DNA of 63,260 nt, the filler included. It is 8 parts of 8 records of this genome, joined end to end, with 100 filler letters (N's around TTAATTAATTAA, not from the genome) between each part and the next. Parts side by side here need not be neighbours in the genome. Positions count along the whole stretch, not along the records: positions 22,331 to 34,313 come from SRR2962707_3907; positions 34,414 to 42,526 come from SRR2962707_3913; 6 more parts are not named here. One strand, given 5' to 3'. Positions 27,952-38,589 of this stretch are shown one piece after another. Under the pieces are notes generated by a model. The model worked only from the letters and a program-made list of their open reading frames with translations, did not search any database and had not been told where the DNA came from. The position numbers were made by a program, and so were the translations under genes. Every line of letters begins with the position of its first letter. Position 1 is the first letter of the stretch.

Positions 27952-29201
27952 GCGCCATTCCCGCCTGATTTTTCAGTGGTTGAGCGCTGAGCGGTCGGCT
28001 CCGGCTTCGACCCTTGGCTTTTGTTGCCGTCAGGTTCCTGGCTGCCTGAAATGATCCGCACAGTGGCGCCGGGCCTGACGTTTTGCACGCCTTCGGTCAC
28101 GACCTCGTCACCGGTGACCAGATCAGCTTTGACCAGGACAGAATCCGAATTGCGCTGAATAATGGCGACATCGACACGCCGGGCTTTGCTGTCTGTAATC
28201 TGCCAGACATAGCTGCCGACAGAATCCCACTGGACCGCCAGAGGATCGACGGCAGGCCAACGTTCCCCTTCAAACCCGATGGTGACTTCGAATGACATGC
28301 CGGCACGCAATGTGTCGTCAACATTGGCGATCTGGGCGCGAACACGCAGGGTCCTGCTGGCTTCGTCCACCCTGTTGTCGACAGCCGAAATCTCACCGAT
28401 GAAACGCTCTCCGGGCCGCGCACTGGCAAGTGCGGTCACCTGCTTGCCCAATTCCATGCCGGAGGCGAAGCGCTCGGGCACGAAAAACTCGATCAGGATC
28501 TGACTGCGGTCATCGATGTTGGCGATCTCGCTCTGGCTGGTGACGTAATCACCCGCGTTGACGGCCAGGATACCCAGCGATCCGCTGATCGGAGCGGTGA
28601 CCGTCCGGCGTGCCAGATTGAGTTCGGCCTCTTTGAGCGCCACATTCGCCGCATCAAGCGCATTCTGCGCCTGATCAGCCTCAACGCTGGAGGCCGCATT
28701 GCTGGCCACCAGGCTTTGAAGGCGGGTGGTCTTGGCTGTCGCATCACTGACGGCAAGCCTTGCGCGTTCGACGGCAAGTTCTTCCTGGGCAGCGTCAAGC
28801 CGGATCAGCACGTCGCCGCGGTTGACCTTGCCGCCGGGGCGCACGGGGATATCCGCAATCTGCCCGGAGACCAGCGTTCTGACCGAGACAGACCGCACTG
28901 CCTGACCAGTTCCTATGGCCGTCAGCTTGTCGTTGACGATGCCTTCGCCGACCGGAGCGACAACGACAATCGCCTCACGCGTTCCCCTGCGCCCGCCCTG
29001 GGCGCCGGCCTGTTGGCCGGCAGCTCCATTGCCTTTGTCCGCATCGGCCGCGGGAGCAAAGAGCGATATCTGCTCAAGCCCGTTGCGGACGAGAAGGTCA
29101 TGCGCGCCGGGATATGCCCATGACCAGGTCACGAATGCGATGGCAATCAGAGCCAGCGATAAGAGCGTTTGCTTCCAGAGTTTCAAATTCGTGTCTCTCA
29201 A
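27948..29201 (-). CDS. RND periplasmic adaptor subunit
   Basis: N-terminal TM, VTAPISG and DNRVDEASRTLRVRA. Overlaps the acrB-family start. Exact start uncertain. Confidence 0.92.
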   Translation of the reverse strand: MRDTNLKLWKQTLLSLALIAIAFVTWSWAYPGAHDLLVRNGLEQISLFAPAADADKGNGAAGQQAGAQGGRRGTREAIVVVAPVGEGIVNDKLTAIGTGQAVRSVSVRTLVSGQIADIPVRPGGKVNRGDVLIRLDAAQEELAVERARLAVSDATAKTTRLQSLVASNAASSVEADQAQNALDAANVALKEAELNLARRTVTAPISGSLGILAVNAGDYVTSQSEIANIDDRSQILIEFFVPERFASGMELGKQVTALASARPGERFIGEISAVDNRVDEASRTLRVRAQIANVDDTLRAGMSFEVTIGFEGERWPAVDPLAVQWDSVGSYVWQITDSKARRVDVAIIQRNSDSVLVKADLVTGDEVVTEGVQNVRPGATVRIISGSQEPDGNKSQGSKPEPTAQRSTTEKSGGNGA

Positions 29202-29611
29202 TCATGTCCTGCGAAAACATCAATCAGCGCCCGCCGTGCCTTCCGGACGTCCAAACCGGCACAGCGCACCGGAAGCTTCAGCGGCGAATGGGGCATTTCA
29301 TCTGAGAAACATAGCGTCTCGCCTGCAGAAAACACCATATCATTTATTCAGGTCTGAAAAATTCGACAGTCTGTATCTTATCACCCGGCCGCTTTGACAC
29401 AGACCTGCCCTAGCGCATCGATGCTTGCATCATCATCCCAATCTCATGGACCTGTGGCTGGAGCTGACATAGATAGGGCGGATATCAGGGTCGGCGATTC
29501 ATCATCCGGCCCAAGTCCGGATCAATGTGACTTGTGTTCTGGTAACATAACGGCTGCGCCACAGACCAAGACGGAGCAGCAGATCAGCTTGCAGGAAAGA
29601 CGGAAACTCTC

Positions 29612-30136
29612 ATGAATGCAGGGCCTATCATCATTCCCGCCATCGCTGGAGACGGATCCCTGTACCCGGTGGAAAAGCTGAAGGTGCACACCGACGGGCT
29701 GTTTCATCTCGCAGTGTCGATTTTCATCTTCGACGGTGATCATCTGCTGATCCAGAAACGCGCCAGCTCAAAATATCATTGCGGCGGCATGTGGGCCAAC
29801 ACCTGCTGCACGCACCCGCACTGGGAAGAGCCGCTGGAGCAATGCGCGAACCGGCGTTTGAGCGAAGAACTGGGGTTTTCTGTCCCGGTGTCGCCGCGGC
29901 GGGTTGTGGAATACTCCGCCGATGTGGGGAACGGCCTGCACGAGCATGAGAAAGTGACGATGTACACGGGCACAGCGGACCGGACGACGCTGAGGATTGT
30001 CCCAAACCCGCTGGAGGTGGATGAAACGCGCTGGGTGGCGCGCGATCAGCTTCATGCCGAGATCGCGCGAAATCCGGAAAGCTTCACCCCCTGGTTCCGG
30101 ATTTATGCGGAGCGCTACCCGGACCTGACGTTTTGA
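29612..30136 (+). CDS. idi: Isopentenyl-diphosphate delta-isomerase, type 1
   Basis: HLAVSIFIF, LLIQKRA, WANTCCTHP, EHE and FTPWFRIY. Confidence 0.93.
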   Translation: MNAGPIIIPAIAGDGSLYPVEKLKVHTDGLFHLAVSIFIFDGDHLLIQKRASSKYHCGGMWANTCCTHPHWEEPLEQCANRRLSEELGFSVPVSPRRVVEYSADVGNGLHEHEKVTMYTGTADRTTLRIVPNPLEVDETRWVARDQLHAEIARNPESFTPWFRIYAERYPDLTF

Positions 30137-30159
30137 ATGGCGTGCAGATAGACCTTGGA

Positions 30160-31323
30160 TCAATCGGACGGATCCGGCCCGCGGATCCTGAGTGAGATCT
30201 GCACCATTGCGATCGCACCGGCCGAGAGTGCCACGCAGATCCAGAATGCGTTGACGCCAACCACGCCAAAGGCAATGCCGAAGCTGGCGACAACCAGAAT
30301 GGAAAACCCCTGCATCATGACGCCAAACAGGCTTTGCGCCTCGGCCGAAATGTCCTCACTGGTGCGTTTGGCGATGAAGTAGAGACACCCAAGATAGGAA
30401 AATGTGAAAGTCACTGCCTGGCCGAGCTGCATCAGCACAATCACCCACAGTGGCGGAGACAGGCTCATGCCGATCCATCTCAGCACCGAGACGACACCGG
30501 CCATCAGGATAAGCACACGGGCGGGAAAGCGGATGTTGATGCGCTTCCAGGCGAACATGGTCGCAGCTTCCGCCGCAGCGCCGAGCGCAATCAATACACC
30601 GATGGTGGATTCGGAAAGGCCCTGCTGCTTCCACACCAGCGATGAAAACGCGTTCATGACCATGTGATTGGCGAACAAAATGGCGCCGGCAATCACCGGC
30701 AACAGCACCCAGGGACGGAACGCGGCAATCACCTCACGCGACAGGAACGTTCCTTCGGACACCGTTCGGGGCCTGTCGGCATCGCGCAGGCGCGGCAGTC
30801 CGACCGCAGCGAGAAACCGGGAGATACAGGCAAAGGCAAACAGCCAGACGAACGACGAAGCGCCAAGCCACAAGATCAGATAGCCGGTGCCAAAACACAT
30901 GGCGAGGAAGCCAACCGTGCCCCACGCCCGCGTTGCACCGAACGAAAACCCGAGCCGCTGCGACAGCCGCATGGTTGCGGCATCTGCCACCGGACTGACC
31001 AGTCCGGCGGGCAATGTGGCCATGGTCCAGACCACAAGGATCATCCAGAAGCCTTCGGCAAAGCCAAGCAGAAGCGAGCAGAATGCGGCCAGGCCGGTGC
31101 CCAGCATGATGGCCTGCTTCCAGTCCGACGCGCGGTCGGCGAGACGGCCGACAAAGACGCTGAACAGCAGCATGCCGGCCATCGGCAGCGTGTTGATCAG
31201 CCCGATGCCAGCGTCGCTGATGCCACGCTCGTTGAGCCAGATCGGCAGGTAGGTGACGGTGACCGCAGGCGCCCAGAACGCCATGGCGTAATAGCGGGTC
31301 GCCGCAAATTCCGGCTTTGACAT
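30160..31323 (-). CDS. MFS transporter (MFS_1-like, HcaT/PPP-related)
   Basis: About 12 TMs, GRLADRAS loop and RAWGTVGF motif. Confidence 0.85.
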   Translation of the reverse strand: MSKPEFAATRYYAMAFWAPAVTVTYLPIWLNERGISDAGIGLINTLPMAGMLLFSVFVGRLADRASDWKQAIMLGTGLAAFCSLLLGFAEGFWMILVVWTMATLPAGLVSPVADAATMRLSQRLGFSFGATRAWGTVGFLAMCFGTGYLILWLGASSFVWLFAFACISRFLAAVGLPRLRDADRPRTVSEGTFLSREVIAAFRPWVLLPVIAGAILFANHMVMNAFSSLVWKQQGLSESTIGVLIALGAAAEAATMFAWKRINIRFPARVLILMAGVVSVLRWIGMSLSPPLWVIVLMQLGQAVTFTFSYLGCLYFIAKRTSEDISAEAQSLFGVMMQGFSILVVASFGIAFGVVGVNAFWICVALSAGAIAMVQISLRIRGPDPSD

Positions 31324-31444
31324 CTCGAACAGGCCCTGAGCAACAACAAGCGGGGAACTGACGCAACGAAAGAAAACGAGCCCCGTAAAACCATTTCAGC
31401 TGTAGTCCATCCCGCCGGGCTGCGCCATGGCTGTTTATTGCTCT

Positions 31445-31807
31445 TTACCTGCCTGCCGATTTGTCCGCATGCGCCTGCTGGCTGTCGCGTGGCGCCTCTG
31501 TGCGGTCATGTAGTCCGTAATCGCGCAGCACATGGGCCACGCGCAGCCGGTAACCGGCAAACACGCCTGCCCTGCCCCGTGACTGGGCCTTGCGATGCGC
31601 GCTCAGGGTCCGCCACCGTTGGACGGCGTCCTCGTCGCGAAAGAACGAAAGCGACAACATTTTGCCAGGAGTCGTGAGGCTTTCGAACCGTTCGACCGAA
31701 ATGAAGCCGTCCACCTCTTCAAGCAACGAGCGCATGGAGGCTGCAATGTCGAGATATTCGTCGCGGCGGCCTTCAGCCGGTTCGACCTCGAAGATGACCG
31801 CGATCAT
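31445..31807 (-). CDS. Antibiotic biosynthesis monooxygenase (ABM) family protein
   Basis: MIAVIFEV, DGFISVERFESL and YRLRVAHVLRDYG. Confidence 0.88.
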   Translation of the reverse strand: MIAVIFEVEPAEGRRDEYLDIAASMRSLLEEVDGFISVERFESLTTPGKMLSLSFFRDEDAVQRWRTLSAHRKAQSRGRAGVFAGYRLRVAHVLRDYGLHDRTEAPRDSQQAHADKSAGR

Positions 31808-32133
31808 GGCCGCAACAGTGCGGCATGCGGGCCGGAAGCGAGCTTGAGGAAAGTCCGGTCCTCGCGCAGAAGGAATTTTTCACGCTGCGCAAATTCATAG
31901 TTCTCGCGGCCCAGCGGATCTTCGGACAGGCGCTGCCTGTAGGCTTCGTAGGCGGCAAGGTTCTCGACGGAATACACTCCGTAGGCCAGTGTCGAGGACC
32001 CTTCATGCGGGCTGAAATAGCCGATCAGATTGGCCCCGCATCGGGGTATCGCCTGCCCCCAGTTGCGGGCGTAGTGTTCGAATTCCTGCTTCTTGGTGGG
32101 ATCAATCTGGTAGCGGATAAAGCAAGTGATCAT
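31804..32133 (-). CDS. NIPSNAP family protein
   Basis: MITCFIRYQIDP…WGQAIPRCGA…LAAYEAYRQRL. SD AAGGAG. ATGA overlap with the ABM gene. Confidence 0.88.
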   Translation of the reverse strand: MITCFIRYQIDPTKKQEFEHYARNWGQAIPRCGANLIGYFSPHEGSSTLAYGVYSVENLAAYEAYRQRLSEDPLGRENYEFAQREKFLLREDRTFLKLASGPHAALLRP

Positions 32134-32182
32134 GACTGTCTCCTTTGTATGGCCTCCTCTGATGCCACGTTGACGCCCTTCA

Positions 32183-32206
32183 ATGCTTCGACTAGCATCG
32201 AAGTAT
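32183..32206. promoter_or_regulatory. Inverted-repeat operator, probably bound by the adjacent ArsR-family regulator
   Basis: ATGCTTCGA-N6-TCGAAGTAT (one mismatch) between divergent genes, overlapping the regulator ATG at 32205. Confidence 0.65.
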
Positions 32207-32894
32207 GAAAGAAGGTCCAGACATCGCCCAGCTGGGCGCGCTGATCGGCGATCCGGCGCGCGCCAACATGCTGACCGCCCTGATGAGCGGCGGTGCGCTG
32301 ACGGCAACAGAACTTGCAGCAGAAGCCGGCGTCACCGTTCAGACGGCCAGTTCGCATCTCAAGAAGCTTGAAACAGCCGATCTTCTGATCCAGCGCAAGC
32401 AGGGCCGGCACCGCTATTTTGCGCTCGCCGATGATGATGTCGGCGCACTTCTGGAAACCATGATGGGGCTTGCCGCCAGGCGCGGCCTGACGCGCACCCG
32501 CACCGGCCCGAAAGATCCGGCGCTGCGGAAAGCCCGGGTTTGCTACAACCATCTGGCAGGAGAGCTCGGGGTTGCGCTCTATGACGGGCTTCTGGCGTCA
32601 GGCTTGCTGGCGGAAATTGACGGCGAACCGGTTTTGACACCGGATGGCCGTGAGCGGATGACACGCTTCGGTATTGACATGGCAGCGCTCGAAACCCTGC
32701 GGCGGCCCTTGTGCCGGTCGTGTCTGGACTGGAGCGCGCGGCGCACGCATCTGGCCGGCTCACTCGGCCAGAACCTGTTGTCCCGTTTCGAGTCCTTGGG
32801 ATGGGCGCAGCGCGAAACAGGATCACGCGTGGTGCATTTCACGCCCCAGGGCGAGGCTGACATGTTGGCTGCCTTTGGCGAGCAGCATGGATGA
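32205..32894 (+). CDS. ArsR/SmtB-family winged-helix regulator with Cys-containing C-terminal domain
   Basis: GDPARANML, TASSHLKKL, QGRHRYF, ARVCYNHLAG and CRSCLDWSARRTHLAG. Confidence 0.9.
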   Translation: MKEGPDIAQLGALIGDPARANMLTALMSGGALTATELAAEAGVTVQTASSHLKKLETADLLIQRKQGRHRYFALADDDVGALLETMMGLAARRGLTRTRTGPKDPALRKARVCYNHLAGELGVALYDGLLASGLLAEIDGEPVLTPDGRERMTRFGIDMAALETLRRPLCRSCLDWSARRTHLAGSLGQNLLSRFESLGWAQRETGSRVVHFTPQGEADMLAAFGEQHG

Positions 32895-32897
32895 TGA

Positions 32898-33293
<396 letters not shown>

Positions 33294-33396
33294 TCCGGCG
33301 CATTCGGGTTTGGTTCTCAGCGTCTTTCCGTGCTGAATATTAAAACTGCTGCTGTCACGCGCCGCATTTGATGTGCGGTCAACGGCCGGGCCCAGC

Positions 33397-34035
33397 CTAA
33401 GGCATGGGAACGTCCTGCACATATTTCGGGACGTGATAGCCACGCTGGACTGCAGGACGTTCGGCAATGCGGACATACCAGTCGCGCACATTGGGGTAGT
33501 CGGCCAGATTGATCTGCTGCCAGTCAAAGCGCGAGACCCATGGCCACATGGACATGTCGGCGATCGTGTACTCACCGCGACCTTCGCCCACGACATAATC
33601 GCGTCCTTCCAGACGGGTGTTGAGCACTTTGTAGAGCCGCTTTGCCTCGGTGGAATAGCGCTCCTCCGCGTAAGCAGACTTTCCGGAATTATATTTCACG
33701 AAATGATGGACCTGCCCCAGCATCGGGCCAAGCCCACCCATCTGCCACATCAGCCACTCAACCATGTGCCAGTACTCGGCGCCCCTGACCTGAAACCTGT
33801 CGTGCTTGTCGGCGAGGTAGAGCATGATCGCACCGGATTCCATCAAGTGCGTGCCCGTTTCATGGTCGACAATCGCCGGGATGCGATTGTTGGGAGCGAT
33901 TTTCAGGAAGTCTTCGCCGAACTGCTCGCCCTTCGAGATGTCGATTGGCTTTGCGGAATATTCGACACCCAGTTCTTCAAGCAGTATCGAAACCTTGCGC
34001 CCGTTCGGGGTAGTCCAGGAATAGAGATCAATCAT
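33397..34035 (-). CDS. Glutathione S-transferase, YfcG/Nu-class
   Basis: TPNGRKV, PNNRIPAI, MESGAIMLYL and WQMGGLGPMLGQ. Confidence 0.92.
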   Translation of the reverse strand: MIDLYSWTTPNGRKVSILLEELGVEYSAKPIDISKGEQFGEDFLKIAPNNRIPAIVDHETGTHLMESGAIMLYLADKHDRFQVRGAEYWHMVEWLMWQMGGLGPMLGQVHHFVKYNSGKSAYAEERYSTEAKRLYKVLNTRLEGRDYVVGEGRGEYTIADMSMWPWVSRFDWQQINLADYPNVRDWYVRIAERPAVQRGYHVPKYVQDVPMP

Positions 34036-34283
34036 GTGTCCGGCCTATTGTGTGGTGGGAGGTGCATCATAATGCATGCACCGCCTGTTGAAAGGCACCT
34101 TTCCTTCGAGAAATGCGGCGACACGAACTCTATTCTCCTCGCCGATCGGGTAACTATTGCAATTAGGTTCTTGCCGCGGCGGCGCGGGGCGGGGCGAGAC
34201 GCAGCAGCAGACGCTTACTGATCGTTTCGGCTCGATATCGGTTCAGTATGAAAATCGGGGAATAGCCAAGTCATTGAAAAGTC

Positions 34284-34313
34284 TGGTCGGAGTGAGAGGA
34301 TTCGAACCTCCGA
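34284..34313 (-). tRNA. 3' portion of tRNA-Pro (truncated by contig end)
   Basis: Minus strand TCGGAGGTTCGAATCCTCTCACTCCGACCA gives T-arm, acceptor strand and CCA. The acceptor sequence is typical of tRNA-Pro. Anticodon not visible. Confidence 0.8.
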
Positions 34314-34413
34314 NNNNNNNNNNNNNNNNNNNNNNNNNNNNNNNNNNNNNNNNNNNNTTAATTAATTAANNNNNNNNNNNNNNNNNNNNNNNNNNNNNNN
34401 NNNNNNNNNNNNN
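34314..34413. other. Artificial contig spacer
   Basis: N-TTAATTAATTAA-N. Confidence 0.99.
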
Positions 34414-34920
34414 ATCAAACTTGGTCGCCAGCATGGCGTTGATGAAACCACCCAACGAAAACAGCGCCGATGTCAGGAACACCGTCAGGATCACCATCGG
34501 CAGATGATGGATCGACAACTGCGTAAAGCCCAGTGACAGCAGCGTTACGATCAACCCGATGCCCAATCCCCGGGACATACCACCTGTCACATAGCCGGCG
34601 AGGATCACCCAGTTGGGCACAGGTGACACCAGCAACTCCTCAATGCTGCGCTGGAACTTCATGGAGAAAAACGACGACACCACGTTGGCGTAGGAACTGG
34701 TGATCACCGACATCATGATCAGACCTGGAACAATGAACGCCATATAATCGAAGCCGCCCATCACCCCAATGCGCGAGCCAATAAGGTTGCCGAAAATAAT
34801 AAAGTACAGCGTCATGGTGACCGCCGGTGGCAACAGAGTTTGTGGCCATATCCGCATGAAGCGACGGATTTCACGGGTGACGATGGTTTTATACGCGGTC
34901 AGCATCGCATCCGTTCTCAT
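34414..34920 (-). CDS. yadH: ABC-2 transporter permease, 3'-truncated
   Basis: REIRRFMRIWPQTLLPP, YMAFIVPGLIMMSVIT and SIEELLVSP. Confidence 0.88.
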
Positions 34921-35864
34921 GCGGTTTCTCCCTGGGTGGCGTTACGGGGGTTGTTGTCCTCAACCATGCGGATAAACAGCTCTTCGAGTCGGTTGGCTTT
35001 GGTGCGCATGCTGACCACCCGAACGCCCTGCTGTTCCAGCTGGATGAACATGCCGTTCAGACTCTGGCCCTTTTCCACATCCACCACCAGGGCGCCCTCG
35101 TCATCCATGTGACTGAAGAAACCGTCGAGCACCGGTGCTTCCGTCAACGGCTCGGCGGTGTCAAGCACGAAGGTTTCAGAGCTCAACTGCTGCAACAACG
35201 CTCGCTTGCTGGTGTGACGCAGGATCTTGCCGTGGTCGATGATGGCAATATTGCGGCACAGGGCTTCCGCTTCCTCCAGGTAGTGGGTGGTCAGGATGAT
35301 GGTGGTGCCCTGTCGGTTCATCTCTTCCAGGAACGTCCACATGGAGCGGCGCAACTCGATATCCACCCCGGCCGTGGGCTCATCCAGAATTAGCAGCTTG
35401 GGTTCATGCACCAGCGCCCGGGCAATCATCAGCCGCCGCTTCATGCCCCCCGACAGCATCATGGCCGGCGTATTGCGCTTGTCCCAGAGCCCAAGCTGGC
35501 GCAGGTACTTTTCTGCGGACTCCGATGCCTTCTTCAGAGGAATACCGTAATAGCCCGCCTGGGTGGTCACAATGTCGAACACCTTCTCAAACTGGTTAAA
35601 GTTGAACTCCTGGGGCACAACACCCAGGTTCAGTTTGGCGTCCGATAGATGGGTGTCGATGTCAGATCCGAATACGCGAACCTTGCCCGCGCTTTTATTC
35701 ACCAGTGAGCAAACAATGCCAAGGGTGGTGGACTTCCCCGCCCCGTTGGGTCCTAGCAAGGCAAAAAAGTCACCTTCGGCGACATGCAGGTCAATCCCTT
35801 TCAGGGCCTGGAAGCCGTCGCCATAGGTCTTGACCAGACCTTCGATTTCAAGTGCGTTGGTCAT
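34917..35864 (-). CDS. yadG: ABC-2 transporter ATP-binding protein
   Basis: GPNGAGKST, VPQEFNFNQFE, LSGGMKRR and LDEPTAGVDIELR. Confidence 0.9.
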   Translation of the reverse strand: MTNALEIEGLVKTYGDGFQALKGIDLHVAEGDFFALLGPNGAGKSTTLGIVCSLVNKSAGKVRVFGSDIDTHLSDAKLNLGVVPQEFNFNQFEKVFDIVTTQAGYYGIPLKKASESAEKYLRQLGLWDKRNTPAMMLSGGMKRRLMIARALVHEPKLLILDEPTAGVDIELRRSMWTFLEEMNRQGTTIILTTHYLEEAEALCRNIAIIDHGKILRHTSKRALLQQLSSETFVLDTAEPLTEAPVLDGFFSHMDDEGALVVDVEKGQSLNGMFIQLEQQGVRVVSMRTKANRLEELFIRMVEDNNPRNATQGETA

Positions 35865-36122
35865 AGTGAATCCAGAGCTGCAGGGGCCACCGACAATGCT
35901 GCTGCCGCGCCCAATTAGTGGAATAGAAAAAACAAAAGCTATAACTGGAGGCCCGGAAAGTGAAATTCAAGTAGTTCGGCGCAATCCCCCCACACCGACT
36001 AAAACCCCAAACTGCGACAGGATTCCCGATATGGCACCAGTGCCGTCCTTATAATGCCGGTTACAACAACTTACAAAAGGTCTTGCACCACCGACCGAAC
36101 GCCAGGGAATGTACGCGCCACC

Positions 36123-37259
36123 ATGAGATCCGTTCACTTCACATCTGTATTACCGTCTCTGATTTGCCCGCTCGCATTAACGGTCCTACTGGCCGGGTGC
36201 TTCGGTGGCGACGGCAGCGGCGGAGATGACGGTTCACGCACGGGGCAGCTCATGCCGGCGGGTATCTCCGGGCTTACCTATTCCACAGCCAGCCGCAACG
36301 GCACCACTGACGCCAACGGACGCTTCAACTACTACCCCGGCGAACGGATCAGCCTTCGCGTCGGCAACCTGCAACTGGCGGATGGGATTCCCGCGCGGTC
36401 CATTGTCACCCCTCTGGAATTCTTCCCGGACCTGCGAACTGCGCTGGAGATACCAGGCACCACCGACGAAGGACTGCAGAACCACCGACTGACAGAACAG
36501 CAACTGATCCAGGATGAAGTTACCCTGATCAACATGACGCGGTTTCTACTGGCGCTCAACTGGAGCCTGAACCTCTCCAATGGCCAGGGCATCGACATAC
36601 GGGAGCGGGTTATTACGCAACTGAATGCCGCGCTACCCGACCTGGACGCGCCGATCGACTTCAATGTTCCTGAAAGCGACTTCGCCGAAGGCGGCAACTC
36701 GCCGTCTCCCGCCAACCAGTTGCTGCAAAGCATCTGCTTCTACCCAGCCGACGATGAGCTTTGTGAAGACCCACCCACCGAAGAGGAAATCGCCAACGCG
36801 GACCCTCGCCCGGACGAAGAAGAGGACCGTGACGAAGACGCCGAGTATCGGGAGGACCTGCAAAGCAAGCGTGATCGCATCCTCAACGCCGTTCGCAGCC
36901 TGGAGGATGTGGATGTCGAGGACGCCGAGGGTTATCTCACGCGGGAACTGGACACCATCAGCACCCAACTGGCCAACCGTTATTACCTGGACGATTATGT
37001 GGCGGAATTCCCCGCATCGGACACCGCCATCAAAACCGTGCGGGTACGCAAGATAGCCGATCAGCCGCAATTGGATACCATTGAAGCCATCAGCACCCGC
37101 GATCAGGATGTGGTGGTGCACTCTTTCGATTGGCAGTCAGCGTCTGTGGAGTATTTTGTCGCGGGTGAATCCGGAGGAGAATCCGAGCTGTTGGTGAACT
37201 TCCGCCCCGAAGGTACCTACCGATGGGTGAAGAAACAGCTCAGGGTACTTATTCAATAA
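36123..37259 (+). CDS. Uncharacterised acidic lipoprotein
   Basis: Lipobox LLAGC followed by a Gly-rich tether and a GLTYST…GTTDANGRFNYYPGE beta module. Confidence 0.8.
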   Translation: MRSVHFTSVLPSLICPLALTVLLAGCFGGDGSGGDDGSRTGQLMPAGISGLTYSTASRNGTTDANGRFNYYPGERISLRVGNLQLADGIPARSIVTPLEFFPDLRTALEIPGTTDEGLQNHRLTEQQLIQDEVTLINMTRFLLALNWSLNLSNGQGIDIRERVITQLNAALPDLDAPIDFNVPESDFAEGGNSPSPANQLLQSICFYPADDELCEDPPTEEEIANADPRPDEEEDRDEDAEYREDLQSKRDRILNAVRSLEDVDVEDAEGYLTRELDTISTQLANRYYLDDYVAEFPASDTAIKTVRVRKIADQPQLDTIEAISTRDQDVVVHSFDWQSASVEYFVAGESGGESELLVNFRPEGTYRWVKKQLRVLIQ

Positions 37260-37281
37260 TTGCTCGATAACCCGAGCCGTA

Positions 37282-38589
37282 TCAGGCGCCGACAATGCGT
37301 GACAGGTTCCAGCGGGACTCCGCACCAGTGACGTCGTAGTGCTCCGGGTTCAACCCTTCCGTGCCATGGGGCAGGCACTCGGCCACTGTCAGGGTGTCAT
37401 GCGCGCCACGCCCTTCATTGTATTTTGCAAGGTCCACGATCCGGGCGGACTTCAACGGCCGGTGATAGCAGTCCGTCATCACCATAACCTTCGGCCACAA
37501 CCGACGCTCCGGCGCATGGGAAACCACAATACCGCGCTGGCCATCGTTAAGCTCAACCAGGCTGCCGGTGGGGTAAATGCCAATGGCCTGGATAAACTGC
37601 TCCACCAGGTCCTCCTGGAATTCAATGTTGCGCATTTCATACAACAGCGTCACCGCGCGGGCCGGCGTCATGGGCTCCGCCGAAGTCCGCGGGCCAATCA
37701 GTGTCTCGAAATATTCTGACAGCCCCGCCACCTTGGCCAGCAGTGGAATCCGGTCGCCCCGGACACCTTCCGGGAAACCGGATCCGTTATGCCGTTCGCG
37801 GTGGCCCTGCACAACACTGAGAACCGCACGGGATAAACCGCTGTCCGCAAGCTTCGCAACACCGCGCTCCACGTAAGTGCGGTACACGGAGAAGTCCTCG
37901 GAATCCAGCTTACCCTCATTGGCAAGAATGCGTGCAGGAAGGTCCAGCTTGCCAACCTGAGACAGCAGGCAGCCCAGCCCAAGGTGATTGAGAAGGCCTT
38001 CATTCAGGCCCAACTGACGACCACAGACCAGCGCCCATACTGCCGTATTCAGGGAGTGCCGATACGTATAGCTGTCATGGTGACGGGTGCGGCTGAGCCA
38101 CAGCATGGCATCGGGATTGCGAACAACGCTGGAAACCATTTTCTGGGTGACGACAGCCACCCCTCTAAGGTCCGGCGTTTCATGCTGACGAATGGCCTCG
38201 AAAACCTGATTCAGCGACGCTTCCGCATCGATCATCAGCTTCTTGGACACCTTCAGTTCTCTGCGCATGGTCGTTACGGAGTCGTACTTGACCGGCTCCT
38301 TGATATTGAGAGGCGGCAACTGTACCGAATCTCGCTCATGCCCTGAGCGTTTGCTCGGGCGCCTGAAGATGCGTTTTCCGGGTTTGCTCTGATCGATGGC
38401 CTCGCGAACCTCGGCCTCATCGATAATCACCCATTTGCAGTGCGTAACCAGCGAACGCACGTCGTTCTGGGAGCGGATGTGAAAGCCCTGGATGGGGAAA
38501 GGCGTCTGATGCCACGGGCGATCGAGATCGGACACAAACATGCCAATCTCCAGATCGTGTACAGCAATTTTCTTTTGACGGACTCCCAC
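37282..38589 (-). CDS. DUF3391 + HD-GYP family protein with degenerate catalytic motifs
   Basis: LEIGMFVSDLDRPWHQTPF (DUF3391), DSYTYRHS, HRERHNGSGFPEG and IGIYPTGSLVEL. The HD dyad is replaced by SQ. GTG start. Confidence 0.88.
   Translation of the reverse strand: MGVRQKKIAVHDLEIGMFVSDLDRPWHQTPFPIQGFHIRSQNDVRSLVTHCKWVIIDEAEVREAIDQSKPGKRIFRRPSKRSGHERDSVQLPPLNIKEPVKYDSVTTMRRELKVSKKLMIDAEASLNQVFEAIRQHETPDLRGVAVVTQKMVSSVVRNPDAMLWLSRTRHHDSYTYRHSLNTAVWALVCGRQLGLNEGLLNHLGLGCLLSQVGKLDLPARILANEGKLDSEDFSVYRTYVERGVAKLADSGLSRAVLSVVQGHRERHNGSGFPEGVRGDRIPLLAKVAGLSEYFETLIGPRTSAEPMTPARAVTLLYEMRNIEFQEDLVEQFIQAIGIYPTGSLVELNDGQRGIVVSHAPERRLWPKVMVMTDCYHRPLKSARIVDLAKYNEGRGAHDTLTVAECLPHGTEGLNPEHYDVTGAESRWNLSRIVGA

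Noticed and set aside
25912-27990. 692-aa plus-strand ORF and many other long antisense ORFs
   Set aside because: Shadow frames of GC-rich genes (here the AcrB-family gene) with no recognisable motifs.
1-29201. Two similar RND pump/adaptor pairs as a duplication
   Set aside because: They are on different contigs from apparently different bacteria and have diverged in sequence. They are homologues, not a repeat.
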